Made by a program: the position numbers and the translations under genes
Source: a virus
Lineage: Duplodnaviria > Caudoviricetes
Virus record (IMG/VR): IMGVR_UViG_3300008255_000434
Coordinates: 1 to 25,831 of that record
Direction: 5' to 3' (one strand)
DNA: 25,831 bases
Part shown: positions 25,239 to 25,831 of the stretch, piece by piece
Layout: the number at the start of each line of letters is the position of its first letter
How positions within the stretch are numbered: position 1 is the stretch's first letter
Notes under the pieces: model-generated
What the model saw: only the letters and a program-made list of their open reading frames with translations
What the model was told of the DNA's origin: nothing
Database searches by the model: none

Positions 25239-25552
25239 GGCTTGGGCTCCTTTACGGCGAGGGCTTCCATGGCTTTGATTTCCCCCAGAAACTTTCGCGC
25301 CGAACACGAAACGCACCACTCGGTGATGCACTCAGAAGACTCCTCGCACTCATATCCGTCAGTCGTGCCAAAGCAGTCGTGGAATTGGCACGACTCAAGC
25401 ATCGCGCGGAACAGCCAGTACGGCCGCTGTTCGTTCGCCTCCGCCAGCTTGGCTTCGAGCTCGGCGATTCGAGCCTTTAGTTTGTTGACGTGCGTCACGC
25501 TCCGCAAGCAGCCAGTAGGGGACGTCATCGGGTTCTTCGGGCTTGCCTCCAT
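25235..25552 (-). CDS. Hypothetical protein with coiled coil and Cys-rich C-terminus; start uncertain (25552, 25528 or 25402)
   Basis: 'KLKARIAELEAKLAE' coiled coil, 'C-ESSECITEWCVSC'. Its stop has an ATGA overlap with the Lar-like gene. Confidence 0.55.
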   Translation of the reverse strand: MEASPKNPMTSPTGCLRSVTHVNKLKARIAELEAKLAEANEQRPYWLFRAMLESCQFHDCFGTTDGYECEESSECITEWCVSCSARKFLGEIKAMEALAVKEPKP

Positions 25553-25829
25553 AGTCCACGGCGTTGTATTCGGGCATCGAAACACCGCACTCCTTGGCAG
25601 CGTATGACCACAGCTTGTAGGCGTGTCGCGTTGCTCGGTGATTCGGACCTTCGTCTAACAGGTGAATCCGAAAGGATGTCTCTGCCCATTGCGACCGCAT
25701 CTCGTCCGTAACGGCGTGCGTGTTTTCCCGGCGCCCCTTGGCGTCTTTCGCCTGCCGTACGTACCGAAGCACCCCATGCAGCGACGGCTGCCTACCGTCG
25801 GTTCCAGATTTCGGGCCGGCGTAGTAATC
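25395..25829 (-). CDS. Hypothetical protein, 5' end outside the window
   Basis: The frame stays open to the window edge (DYYAGPKSG...). Its last ~35 codons overlap the next ORF and look poorly protein-like. Confidence 0.5.
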   Translation of the reverse strand, partial: DYYAGPKSGTDGRQPSLHGVLRYVRQAKDAKGRRENTHAVTDEMRSQWAETSFRIHLLDEGPNHRATRHAYKLWSYAAKECGVSMPEYNAVDYGGKPEEPDDVPYWLLAERDARQQTKGSNRRARSQAGGGERTAAVLAVPRDA

Positions 25830-25831
25830 AC

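Noticed and set aside
1-25831. tRNA, rRNA, CRISPR array, integrase/att site, alternative genetic code
   Set aside because: None seen. The long genes are intact under the standard code, with TAA, TAG and TGA all used as stops.

Overview
The window is part of a GC-rich tailed phage (or prophage) genome of podovirus type. Bases ~1200-23360 (+) hold an apparently complete morphogenesis module. In order: P22-like large terminase, small virion protein, T7/BPP-1-type portal, Bbp19-like protein, scaffold, major capsid, capsid cement protein, tail tubular proteins A and B, GNAT/gp13-like protein, three internal (ejection) proteins, T7 gp17-type tail fibre, three uncharacterised tail-associated genes, a beta-helix protein and a small membrane/coiled-coil protein. 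This module converges at ~23370 with the end of a minus-strand operon (multi-TM lipoprotein, RusA, SAP/HeH-like protein, Lar-like protein, hypotheticals). No RNA polymerase, integrase, endolysin, tRNA, CRISPR array or reverse transcriptase is visible. Four observations stand out: (1) a terminator-bounded capsid cassette with its own promoter and a structured 5' leader carrying a duplicated internal-loop motif next to an SD-sequestering helix; (2) a ~374-aa beta-propeller-like insertion in the tail nozzle protein; (3) three related promoter-like elements; (4) an accessory tail module with tandem paralogues plus a beta-helix protein. All product calls come from motif recognition and gene order by eye. 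No searches were run.
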